From: Eledone cirrhosa
Taxonomy: Eukaryota
Assembly (NCBI GenBank): GCA_964016885.1
Contig: OZ024743.1
Coordinates: 249,488,001-249,552,000, forward strand
Direction: 5' to 3'
DNA: 64,000 nucleotides
A program made the position numbers and the translations under genes. The notes under the pieces were generated by a model, which was given only the letters and a program-made list of their open reading frames with translations, was not told where the DNA came from and ran no database searches. Position 1 is the first letter of the stretch; every line of letters starts with the position of its first letter. Shown here one piece after another: positions 13,810-26,779 of this stretch.

Positions 13810-16800
13810 ACTTACCCTAACACTTGCTCTAACAGTGAACTTAGCGCTAACATGAAAACTAACACAAACACTAACACTAAAACTGACACTAACACTAACC
13901 TGAACACCAGCACTAAAACTAACACTACCATAAACACTAATACAAACACTAACACTAACCTGAACACTTACACTAAAACTAACATTAGCCTGAACACTAG
14001 CACTAAAACTAACACTACCATAAACACTAACACTGACCTGAGCACTAACACTAAAAGTAACACTAACACAAACACTAATCTGAAAACTGATACTAACCAG
14101 AAAACTAAGCTAATATTAACTTCAACACTAAATCAAACACTAACGCTAACAGAGATACTAACACAAAAACAAACACTAACACAATCTCTAACACTAAAAC
14201 TAACATTAACTTGAACACTAACTCTAACCTGAAAACTAAGCTAACATTAACCTGAACACTAACATAAACACTAATGCTAACACTAACAGAAATACTAATG
14301 CTAACATTAACACAAAAACAAAGACTAACGCTAACACAATCACTAACACTAATGGAAACATCAAACACTAATGCTAACAGAGATACTAACACAAAAACAA
14401 ATACTAACACTAACACAATCTCTAACACTAACCTTAACATTAAAACTAACACTAACATTAACTTTAACACTAACCTGAACACTTACACTAAAACTAACAT
14501 TAACCTGAACACTAACACTAAAACTAACACTAACAGAGATACTAACACAAATATTAACACAAAAACAAACACTAACACAATTTCTAACACTAAAACTAAC
14601 ATTAACTTGAACACTAACACTAACCTGAAAACTAAGCTAACATTAACCTGAACACTAACACAAATACTCATGCTAACAGAAATACTAATGCTAACATTAA
14701 CACAAAAACAAAGACTAACGCTAACACAATCACTAACACTAATGGAAACATCAATCACTAATGCTAACAGAGATACTAACACAAAAACAAATACTAACAC
14801 AATCTCTAACATTAACACTAACACTAACCTGAACACTTACACTAAAACTAACATTAACCTAAACACTAGCACTAAAACTAACACTACCATAAACAGTAAC
14901 ACAAACACTAACACTGATCTGAGCACTAACAGTAACACTACCATAAAAACTAACACTAACCTGAACACTAATACTAAAACTAACACGAAAACTGATACTA
15001 ACCAGAAAACTAAGCTAACATTAACCTCAACACTAAAACAAACACTAACATTAACAGAAAAACAAAGACTAGCACTAACACTAATGGAAACATGAACACA
15101 AACATTAACACAAAATAAAACACTAACACTACCGTAAACACTAACACTAAAACTGACATTAACCTGAACACTAACACTAACAAAAATGCTAACACTAATA
15201 CAAAATCAAACACTAACGCCAAAGCTGACACTGACGAAGATGGCTATGCTGGCACAAATGCTAGCGCAAATGTTGACACAATCGCTTACGCTGACACAAA
15301 CACTAACGTGAATACTGATGCAGGTGCAAAGACGAATGCTGACAAAGACTCTGACGCACACGCTGATGTAAATGCTACACAGACTCTAACGCTGACATGG
15401 ACACTGATACAAATGCTCACACTGATGCAAACACTAAAGCAAATGCAAACACAGACGCAAATGTTGATGCAGATGTTAAAGCAAACGCAAATGCTGACAG
15501 CGATGCTAATGTGAACCTTAACGCAGACGTAAACATTGACGTAGAAGCTTAAGGAAACACTGATGCAAACACTAATGAAAATGCTGACGCAGACGCTAAC
15601 ACACGTTAACACAGATGCTAACGTAAACACTGATGCAGATGCTAATATAAACACTGACGCAGACGCTAACATAACGCTGACACAGATGCTAACACACATT
15701 GACACAGACGCTAACGTAAACGATGACGTAGAAGCTAACGTAAACGCTGACACAGACGCAAATGTAAATGCTGACGCTGATGTAGATGTAAATACAGACG
15801 CCGACATAGAAGATAACACAAACGCTGACACAGACTCTAATGTAAGTGCTGATGTAGAAGCTAATGTAGATGCTGACATAGAAGCTAACGTAAACGATGA
15901 CGTAGATGTTAACGTAGAAGCTAACAAAACGCTGATGTAGTTGTTAACGTAGAAGCAGGCGTAGAAATTAGCATTTACCCTTACCGCCGAAGCTGATCTC
16001 TAAAACGCAATTGCTGATGTGGATTGCTGAAGCCAAGCTAACGCTGACGCAAATGTTGAGGCAGTTTTGCTGGCGCTGACGTATATGCTGACGCTAACGC
16101 AAATGCTGATGCGGACGCGAGGGCTAAGGCTAACGCTGACGCAAATGCTGAAGTTAACGCTTACATGGGATATGCAGACGCTGCAATGATGCGGACGCCA
16201 CAGGAAAGGTTGATGAAAACGCCAATGCTAACGGAAAACGCTGACGTAGACGTTACGGAAACGCTGACACAGACGCTAACGTAAACACTGACGTTAACTG
16301 AAACGCTGACGCTGATGTAGATGTAAATACTGACGCTGACACAGACGCGGTTGGAAACGCTGACGTAGAAGTTAACGGAAACGCTGACGTAGAAGTTAAC
16401 GGAAACACTGACACAGAAGCTAACGGAAACACTGACACAGAAGCTAATGGAAATGCTGACAAAGACGTTAAAGGAAACGCTGTCGCAAACGCTAATGTTA
16501 ATGCTGATGCAGATGCTGACGCAAATGCTAACCCCTACACAAATGCAAACGCTGATGCTAACACTGACTCAAACACTAATGCAAATGCTGATGTGCACGC
16601 TGACACTGAGGGAAATTCTGACACTGACACAAGTGCTGACGCGGACGCTAATGATAAAGCTGACGTAGACGTAGGCATTGAAACAAACACTAATGCTAAC
16701 ACTAATGTTGACTCAGACGCTAAGGGAAATGCTGACACAATCACTATCACCAATGCAGACGCTGACGCAAATGCTGACATAGATGCTGACACTTACGCAA

Positions 16801-17000
16801 ACACTAAGGCTAATCCAAACACTAACGCAGATGCTAACACCAGTCTACATAGACACTAACACAAAAGCTTACATAGATGCTTATGCAAATGCTAACGCTG
16901 ATGCAGACAGTAACTGTAACACTAACAGTGACAGTAATGCTAACAGTAACACAGTCACTAACAATAAACTTACCCTAACACTAACCCTAAATCTAACATT
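13810..17000 (+). repeat. 3.2-kb hexamer-phased low-complexity tract, (ACTAAC)n grading into (GCTGAC/GCAAAT/GTAGAT)n
   Basis: 6-nt periodicity throughout; no single ORF spans it. Confidence 0.85.
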
Positions 17001-17099
17001 AATGCAGAGAAAAAAGTCATTTGCAATTTAAGGTCACTCTTTAAGATATAGAAGATAGGCATTACATTTTAATGATTTTAATTTAAAGAGAATCACGCT

Positions 17100-20000
17100 A
17101 TACAATGCAACACAATAACACGCCACACCACACTAACCTACACTACACCAAACTAGATTATACCATACCTTGGTAAATTTATGATAGGTTTCCATGTTAT
17201 AACTACACCAAACCAAACCACACCATAACAAACTACACTATACTACATCACACCATGCTATTGAACTCAGTGTGAAAAATTTTCTTCCTGCTTTTTTTGT
17301 GTGTGTGCTTACCACCCAATCTGACATTAAAAGTGTTCGCAATTAACTATTTTTTGCACATATTATCAATGAAGACTTTGAAACCTGTTGAAAATGACTA
17401 GCTTTGTAGAAAAAAGAGGGCGGAAAGTGGGTGGAAATACCATTCACAAAGCTTGTCAGTTTTGATTGCAGTGAAAGTCATATTTGTTGTTAATATGGTA
17501 ATGGAGGCACTTGGCTTAGTGGTTAGAGCATTGGCCTTGCAATCGAAAGGTTGTGAGTTCAATTCTCAGACCAGGTGGTGTGTTGTTTCCTTGAGCAAGA
17601 CACTTTATTTCACATTGCTCCAGTTTACTCAGCTGTAGAAATGAGATGATAGGGACTGGTGTCCCTATCATTTCACTGCAAAGTGGTCGTGTAGGTGCCA
17701 CACCAAAGACCACCCAGCACTCACTGTAAATGAGGTTGGTGTTAGGAAGGGCATCCAGCTGTAGAAATCAAGCCAGAATCAGTTCCCGTCCCACCCTTGC
17801 AAGCAGGGAAAAGTGGACGTAAAATGATGATGATGATGGTAAAAGCATAGTTGGCTGTAAGCATGTTGGAGGTTGGAAAACCATACCACATTAAACTACA
17901 TCAAACTACACCATGCTATTAATCTCAGTGAGAACATTTTTCTTCCTGTTTTTTTTTTTCTGTGTGTGCGCTTACCACCCAATCTGATATCAAAGGTGCT
18001 CACAAATGACTATTTTTTTTACACATTATCAATGTATATAACATGGAAACCTATCATTTGCAATAGGTTCCCATGTCATAATTACAACAATCCAAACCAC
18101 ACCACAACAAACTACACCATTCTACATCACACCATGCTTTTGATCTCAGGGTGTGTTCTTACCACCCAATCTGACATCAAAGGTGCTGCAATTGACTATT
18201 TTTCGCAAATATTATCAATAATTGTGACATGGAAACTGTCGAAAATGACTAGCTTTGTAGAAAAAAGAGGGAAGATGTGGGTGGAAATACCATTTACAAG
18301 GCTAGTCATTTTTTATTGCAGCGGAAGTCATATTTTTTGTTAATATGCTAAAAGCATAGTCCACTGCGAGCTTCTTGGAAGTTGATAACAGGCAAAAATG
18401 AAGGAAAAATTTTTTTTCTAACATAAATCAAAGTGGAAATTTAAATCCTCACGTATAACAAACAGCACATTAATCTACCCCAATCCACACCATAAATTCA
18501 CCATAACCATACTTCACTATATGGTAAATTTATTACAGAACACCTACTCCTACCATTTACATCATACCATGGTATGGAGATCAATGTGACAAATTTGCTA
18601 GCTGCTTTTTTTTATTTTTGTGGTTACCACCTCAAACTAACATCAAAGGTGCTTGCAAATGACTATTTTCCCACACATTATCAATTAATATGACATGGGA
18701 ATCTATCATTTACAATTGGTTTCCATTTCATAACTTCACCAAACCAAACCACACCATACAAAGTTACACCATACTACATTACACCAAGCTATTGATCTTG
18801 GTGTGAAACATTTTCTTCCCGTTTCCTTTTTTTTTTTAGTGTGTGTGCTTACCACCCAAATCTGACATTAAAGGTGCTCCCAATTGACTATTTTTTCCCA
18901 CTTATCAATAATTATGACATGGAAACCTATCGAAAATGACTATCTTTGTAGAAACTTCACCAAACCACAGCATACTACATCACACCAAGCTATTGATTTT
19001 GGTATGACAAATTTTCATTTGGCCTTTTTTTAATTTTTTGTGCTTACCACCCAATTTGACATAAATGGTGCTTGCAAATTACTATTTTATGCACATATTA
19101 TCAATGGTTATGGCATGGAAACCTGATGAAAATGACTAGCTTTGTAGAAAAAAGAGGGAGGATGTGGGTGGAAATACCATTTACAAAGCTAGTCATTTTT
19201 TATTGCAGCGGAAGTCATATTTTCTGTTAATATGCTAAAAGCATAGTCCACTGCGAGCATCTTGGAAGTTGATAGCACATGCAAAAATGAAGGAAAAATT
19301 TTTTTATAACATAAATCAAAGTGGAAATTTAAATCCTCACTTATAACAAAGCACACCACAGCACATTAATCTACCCCAATCCACACCACAAATTCACCAT
19401 AACCATACTTCACTATATGGTAAATTTATTACAGAACACCTACTCCTACCATTTACATCATACCATGGTATGGAGATCAAGGTGACAAATTTGCTAGCTG
19501 CTTTTTTTTTTTTTGTGGTTACCACCTCAAACTAACATGAAAGGTGCTTGCAAATGACTATTTTCCCACACATTATCAATTAATATGACATGGGAATTTA
19601 TCATTTACAATTGGTTTCCATTTCATAACTTCACCAAACCAAACCAAACCACACCATACCAAGTTACACCATACTACATCACACCAAGCTATTGATCTTG
19701 GTGTGAAACATTTTCTTCCCGTTTCCTTTTTTTTTTAGTGTGTGTGCTTACCACCCAATCTGACATTAAAGGTGCTCCCAATTGACTATTTTTTTTCCAC
19801 TTATCAATAATTATGACATGGAAACCTGTCGAAAATGACTATCTTTGTAGAAACTTCACCAAACCACACCATACTACATCACACCAAGCTATTGATTTTG
19901 GTGTGACAAATTTTCATTTGGCCTTTTTTTTTTTTTTTTGTGTGCTTACCACCCAATTTGACATAAATGGTGCTTGCAAATTACTATTTTATGCACATAT

Positions 20001-22380
20001 TATCAATGGTTATGGCATGGAAACCTGATGAAAATGACTAGCTTTATAGAAAAAAAGAGGGAGGATGTGGGTGGAAATACCATTTACAAAGCTAGTCATT
20101 TTTTATTGCAGCAGAAGTCATATTTTCTGTTGATATGCTAAAAGCATAGTCCACTGCGAGCAACTTGGAAGTTGATAGCACATGCAAAAATGAAGGAAAA
20201 ATATTTTTTATAACATAATTCAAAGTGGAAATTTAAATCCTCACTTATAACAAAGCACACCACAGCACATTAATCTACCCCAGTCCACACCACAAATTCA
20301 CCATAACCATACTTCACTATATGGTAAATTTATTACAGAACACCTACTCCTACCATTTACATCACACCATGGTATGGAGATCAAGGTGACAAATTTGCTA
20401 GCTGCTTTTTTTTTTTTTGTGGTTACCACCTCAAACTAACATCAAAGGTGCTTGCATATGACTACTTTCCCACACATTATCAATTAATATGACATGGGAA
20501 TCTATCATTTACAATTGGTTTCCATTTCATAACTTCACCAAACCAAACCACACCATACCAAGTTACACCATACTACATTACACCAAGCTATTGATCTTGG
20601 TGTGAAACATTTTCTTCCCGTTTCCTTTTTTTTTTTAGTGTGTGTGTGCTTACCACCCAATCTGACATTAAAGGTGCTCCCAATTGACTATTTTTTCCCA
20701 CTTATCAATAATTATGACATGGAAACCTATCGAAAATGACTATCTTTGTAGAAACTTCACCAAACCACAGCATACTACATCACACCAAGCTATTGATTTT
20801 GGTATGACAAATTTTCATTTGGCCTTTTTTTTTTTTTTGTGCTTACCACCCAATTTGACATAAATGGTGCTTGCAAATTACTATTTTATGCACATATTAT
20901 CAATGGTTATGACATGGAAACCTGATGAAAATGACTATCTTTGTAGAAAAAAGAGGGAGGATGTGGGTGGAAATACCATTTACAAAGCTAGTCATTTTTT
21001 ATTGCAGCGGAAGTCATATTTTCTGTTAATATGCTAAAAGCATAGTCCACTGCGAGCATCTTGGAAGTTGATAGCACATGCAAAAATGAAGGAAAAATTT
21101 TTTTTAGAACATAAATCAAAGTGGAAATTTAAATCCTCACTTATAACAAAGCACACCACAGCACATTAATCTACCCCAATCCACACCACAAATTCACCAT
21201 AACCATACTTCACTATATGGTAAATTTATTACAGAACACCTACTCCTACCATTTACATCATACCATGGTATGGAGATCAATGTGACAAATTTGCTAGCTG
21301 CTTTTTTTTTTTTTTTTTGTGGTTACCACCTCAAACTAACATGAAAGGTGCTTGCAAATGACTATTTTCCCACACATTATCAATTAATATGACATGGGAA
21401 TTTATCATTTACAATTGGTTTCCATTTCATAACTTCACCAAACCAAACCAAACCACACCATACAAAGTTACACCATACTACATTACACCAAGCTATTGAT
21501 CTTGGTGTGAAACATTTTCTTCCCGTTTCCTTTTTTTTTTTTTGTGTGTGCTTACCACCCAATCTGACATTAAAGGTGCTCCCAATTGACTATTTTTTCC
21601 CACTTATCAATAATTATGACATGGAAACCTGTCGAAAATGACTATCTTTGTAGAAACTTCACCAAACCACAGCATACTACATCACACCAAGCTATTGATT
21701 TTGGTGTGACAAATTTTCATTTGGCCTTTTTTTTTTTTTTTTTTTTTTGTGTGCTTACCACCCAATTTGACATAAATGGTGCTTGCAAATTACTATTTTA
21801 TGCACATATTATCAATGGTTATGGCATGGAAACCTGATGAAAATGACTAGCTTAGTAGAAAAAAGAGGGAGGATGTGGGTGGAAATACCATTTACAAAGC
21901 TAGTCATTTTTTATTGCAGCGGAAGTCATATTTTTTGTTAATATGCTAAAAGCATAGTCCACTGCGAGCATCTTGGAAGTTGATAGCACATGCAAAAATG
22001 AAGGAAAAATTTTTTTCTAACATAAATCAAAGTGGAAATTTAAATCCTCACTTATAACAAAGCACACCACAGCATATTAATCTACCTGCATCCACACCAT
22101 ATACTTCACCATATGGTAAATTTATTACAGAACACCTACTCCTCTCATTTACATCACACCAATGCTCGCAGTTGACTATTTTTTTCACATATTATGAATG
22201 AATATAACTTTGAAACCTATCGTCAATGATTAGCTTTGTAGAAAAATGAAGGCAGAAAGTGGGTGGAAAAACCATTCACAAAGCTAGTAATTTTTAATTG
22301 CAGTGGAAATCATAATTGTTGTTAATATGCTAAAAAAATAGTCAATTGCAAGCATTTTGGAGGTCGGATTAGTTGATAGG
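17100..22380. repeat. About 900-bp tandem satellite: about 4.3 near-identical units (18250-22150) plus diverged flanking units
   Basis: Anchor TGACTAGCTTTGTAGAAAAAAGAGGG at about 17396, 18246, 19133, 20035, 20932 and 21844. Confidence 0.95.
17503..17835 (+). mobile_element. tRNA-derived SINE, family B (CORE/V-like domain, RTE-type tail), full length
   Basis: A-box TGGCTTAGTGG, B-box GAGTTCAATTC, CCTTGAGCAAGACACTT core, (GAT)n tail, apparent TSD ATGGTAA inside a satellite unit. Confidence 0.88.
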
Positions 22381-22517
22381 ACATAAAAAACAAAGGAAAA
22401 CAAATATTTTCTACATGTTCCTGTGGAAAGTCGGGTCTTCTGTATTACTGTGTGACGCCAGAGGTCATGGTCGTGTGTCATTGCCCTTGAGAGGTGCAAT
22501 TGGGAAAGGTCGGCTTA

Positions 22518-23070
22518 GAAATATTTACTTCTGCGTTCACAGATTGATTTTTTTTTTAGCTTCAGAAGATCCCATTAAGGGTGAAAGCAGCTGATACTTT
22601 GCTTAAACTTTAATCTGTTATTTTAATAAATATTTGCTCTACGGTTCTTATATATTTATCCTTATCGAGCTCTCTTTGGATATTAGTCTTCAAATTTATT
22701 ATTATTACTATTTGGCTCCCTTGATTGAGTACTCTATTGACTTATATTCATCATGCAGAAACAACATCTGAATATTTCTACAAAGAACATACCCGTACCA
22801 AACAGGAAGAAATACCTCTCCACGAACCAAAGTATCACCTTCCTGTCTTCCTTCGGTTGCAACGTTTTTCGAAATATTTACTTCTGCGTTCACAGTTTGA
22901 TTTTTTTTTTAGTTTCAGAAGATCCCATTAAGGGTGAAAGCAGCCGATTCTTTGCTTAAACTTTAATCTGTTATTTTAATAAATATTTGCTATACGGTTT
23001 TTATATAATTGATATATATTTATCCCTATCGAGCCCTCTTTGGATTTTAGTCTTCATATGTATTATTATT
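22518..23070 (+). repeat. Two direct repeats of about 190 bp, 353 bp apart, each with an HHR-like motif (PLE pseudo-LTR-like)
   Basis: 22518-22710 and 22871-23070; AGTTT-CAGAAGA-tCCC attaa GGGt-GAAA-GCAG..TTGC-TT-AAACT. Confidence 0.7.
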
Positions 23071-23072
23071 AC

Positions 23073-23117
<45 letters not shown>

Positions 23118-23164
23118 TAGTTTATATATATGTGTGTGTATATATATATATACATATTGAAAGT

Positions 23165-24312
23165 ATTGGCCTTGCAATCGAAAGGTTGTGAGTTCAATTC
23201 TCACACCGGGTGATGTGTTGTTTCCTTGAGCAAGACACTATATTTCACATTGCTCCAGTTTACTCAGCTGTAGAAATGAGATGATAGGACTGGGGTCCCT
23301 ATCATTCCACTGCAAAGTGGTCGTGGAGGTGCCACGGCAAAAAAGCACCCAGCCCACACTGTAAAGTGGATGTGGAGGTGCCACAGGAAAAAAGCACCCA
23401 GCACTCACTGTAAATGAGGTTGGTGTTAGGAAGGGCATCCAGCTGTAGAAATCAAGCCAGAATCAGTTCCCGTCCCACCCTTGCAAGCAAGGAAAAAGTG
23501 GACGTAAAATGAAATGATGATGAATGCTCCCAGCTGTGGTCACCCCATAGTATCAAACTAACCATGGAGCTTGAAGCAATCCAATGAAGCTACACCAAGA
23601 AGGTTGCCACGATGAAGAAGATAAACTACTGGGAGAGTCTAAAAGAACTGAAACTCTACTCCTCGGAATGAAGATGGGAGAGATATGCAATGATATACAT
23701 ATGGAAAATCCTGCGGGGACTAAGACCAAACTTTCGCATTGAGAGCTGGACCAATTCTCGAACAGGACGTCACTGTGTGGTACCAAAGGTCCCGTCTTCC
23801 ACATCTAGAATCAGGAGCAGCTATTGCAATAGCCTGGGGTTCAAAGGCCCTCAATTTGGTTTTCAAAATATAAATTTGTGTTTCCTATTCATCAATGCTT
23901 CAAGCAAGCTATAAAACTCTGTTATATTTCATCATCATCATTTTATGTCAGTTCTTCTACGCTAGCATGGGTTGTCCTGCTGTGGGCAGTGTCCGGTCGG
24001 CTGAGCTTGTCTTGCTCATACGGGAACTGATTCTGTCTTGATTTCTACAGCTGGATGCCCTTCCTAACACCAACCTCATTTACAGTGAGTGCAGGGTGTT
24101 TTTTTTTTTTGCCGTGGCACCTCCACGACCACTTTGCAGTGGAATGATAGGGACCCCAGTCCTATCATCTCATTTCTACAGCTGAGTAAACTGGAGCAAT
24201 GTGAAATAAAGTGACTTGCTCAAGGAAACAACACATCACCCGGTCCGAGAATTAAACTCACAACCTTTCAATTGCAAGCCCAATGCTCTAACCACTGAGC
24301 CATGTGCCTTCT
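23165..24312. mobile_element. Two family-B SINE copies in opposite orientation (23165-23524 plus; about 23930-24312 minus) flanking a CR1-like fragment
   Basis: Similarity to 17503-17835; further copies near 26470, 34270, 34560-34946, 38690, 48170 and 54118-54470. Confidence 0.85.
23525..23853 (+). mobile_element. CR1/L2-group LINE 3' ORF2 fragment
   Basis: QLWSPH...ELEAIQ...YWE.LKELKLYS...IYIWKIL; same family as 28345-28880. Confidence 0.75.
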
Positions 24313-24594
24313 ATTGTTGGCAATGTTAGGTCAGGTGACCATGTCTTGCTCATAAAGAACTGATTTTGGCTTGGTTTCTACAGCTGGATGCCCTTCCTAA
24401 TGCCAAGCTCATTTACAGTGAGTACTGGGTGTTTTTTGTTGTGATTCCTCCACAACTACTTTACAGTGTGGACTGGGTATTTTTTACCGTGTCACCATCA
24501 CAATCACTTTACAGTGTTTCGGCCTGTTCTCATGAAAGATATATTGGCAGGTGGGATGGAGTGGTGCATACTGTATGTATGTTTCAGCCTTGGC

Positions 24595-25290
24595 CTGGGC
24601 CCGTGGGAAGTTGGGGTTTCTGTATTACCTCATAACGCCAGAGATCTTGGTCCTGTGTCATTGCCTTTCAGAGGTGCAATTGAGTAAGGTCGGCTTTTAT
24701 CACTTCATCTCAAGTCTTTCTGGGACTTTATGTAGCTGTCATCCTTCATACGAATCACATGTCCATACCAACATAATCTCCTCTCCTGCACACAACATTT
24801 GATTCCTCTTATGCCTAGTTTCTCCTTCAGTTTGTTTATGCTTTGCTGTTCGCGTATATTACTATTACACATCCATCGGAGCATACAAGCTCATTCCTTT
24901 CTAATCTACGCAAGTCTTCTACACACAGCGCCCAGCTCTCACTACCATGCAACATTGCCGTTCATATGCACACATCATACAGTCTACCTTTTATTCTGAG
25001 GGAAAAGCCTTTTGTATCCAGCTGTGGCAGTAGCTCCCTCAACTTCTTCCATCCCGTTCTTTCAGAACACCCCCCTCCGCTGCTAATTCGGTATTGTTGT
25101 TACCAAGTCCTCCCAGACTTTGATGTCACTTGTTTTCAGTGATTGTTTGCTGCTTACTGTCCTGGTGCAACTACTACATGTAAAGCCTACATTCTTAACT
25201 AAACTTCCTGAGATCCCACTACATCTCTTGTGTACCCATAGTTTGCATATGGGGCAGAGGATGGAGTTTCTACCTACACCTCTCCTGCAT
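24595..25290 (-). mobile_element. RTE-clade LINE 3' fragment, degraded
   Basis: CPICKLWVHKRCSG; homologous to 26780-28000. Confidence 0.8.
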
Positions 25291-25346
25291 AATGAGCACA
25301 CACACACACACACATATATATACACACACTCACATATATATATATA

Positions 25347-26340
25347 CTAGCCGAATTACCAGCGCCTTGCTGTGTTTCACTCATTTTTTTTTGTAAGAAA
25401 ATGATGATTGATTTTAAATCAGTGATATCATTTATGGAGAAAAACTCAATATTACTCAATGTAAAATATAATGCATGAAAAATTGGAAAACATCATTTTT
25501 TGTAATATATCAAATCAAAATTGCATTATTAAATCTTATTCTTATTTTGTTTCTTGTAAATAATTTTTTTCAAAATATCAATTGAAAACTTTTGTGAATA
25601 GGCATCATATCTTGTCATTTACCTATGGTTTAAGTTTCATATAAATCGAAAGGGAAAAGTTTTCAGCGGGGGTTTGTACCCCCGGGGAACCCTAATAGGG
25701 GGTTTAACCACCATTAAGTTGCCTTATAGTATTGAAATGTTGTGAATAGGCATCATATCTCTTCATTTATCTATGGTTTAAATTGCATATAAATCGAACC
25801 GAAAAAATTTTCAGCGGGGATTTTGTGCCCCCTGGTGAACCGTAATAGGGGGTTTAACCCCCATTAGGGTATTGTAATTTTATTGAAATTTGCTGAAATG
25901 ATGTGAATAGGCATCATATCTTGTCGTTTACCTATGGTTTAAATTGCATATAAATCAAAGGGAAAACATTTTCAGCAGGGGTTTGTGCCACCAGTGAACC
26001 CTAATAGGGGGTTTAACCCCCATTAGGGTATTTTAATTTTATTGAAATTTGCTGAAATTTTGTGAATAGGCATCATATCTTGTCATTTACCTATGGTTTA
26101 AATTTCATATATATCGAAGGTAAAGTTTCAGTGGCGGTTTTGTGCCCCCGATGAACCCTTTGATTAAAATGAAATATACTTATACAAGTACCCTGGGCAA
26201 TGTAGTTTCAGAATATATATGGTTATGGGGGTCTATCTCTAAAACCATAGGAGGAGTTCGTAAAATCTTGTTCCATTTATTGGCCAAACTTTTCACTATA
26301 GGGCGTTTAACCCCCATTAGGGTGTCTTAATATTATTGAA
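25347..26340 (-). mobile_element. Non-autonomous Helitron-like element with 4 internal repeats of about 150-160 bp
   Basis: Hairpin plus CTAG 3' end at 25347; GTGAATAGGCATCATATCT repeated at about 25594, 25742, 25903 and 26062. Confidence 0.65.
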
Positions 26341-26380
26341 ATTTGCACACACACACACACATATATATATATATACACAA

Positions 26381-26411
<31 letters not shown>

Positions 26412-26779
26412 CACAAACACACACACACACATATATATATACACAAACACACACACACACATATATATCATCATCATCGTTTAACGTCCATATTCCACGC
26501 TTGCATGGGTTTGGACGGGAGTTTTCCCACTTGAGGCAAGAGTGGTTGTCTTGCTCGCATAGGACTGTCTGGCGGGTTTTCTACGGCTGGATGCCCTTCC
26601 TAACACCAACCACATTTACAGTGTGGACTGGGAGGTTTTTACCGTATTACCTACACGGCCACATTACAGCGTGGACTGTGTTTTTTTTTGTCGTGACACC
26701 TACACGACCTCATTTGTTTCGGACTGGATGTTGTAGTACCAACATAACTTTACATTGAAAGGGGTGGTGTGGATGGGGT

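Noticed and set aside
17503-17575. tRNA genes at the A/B-box sites
   Set aside because: No complete cloverleaf; all continue into SINE bodies
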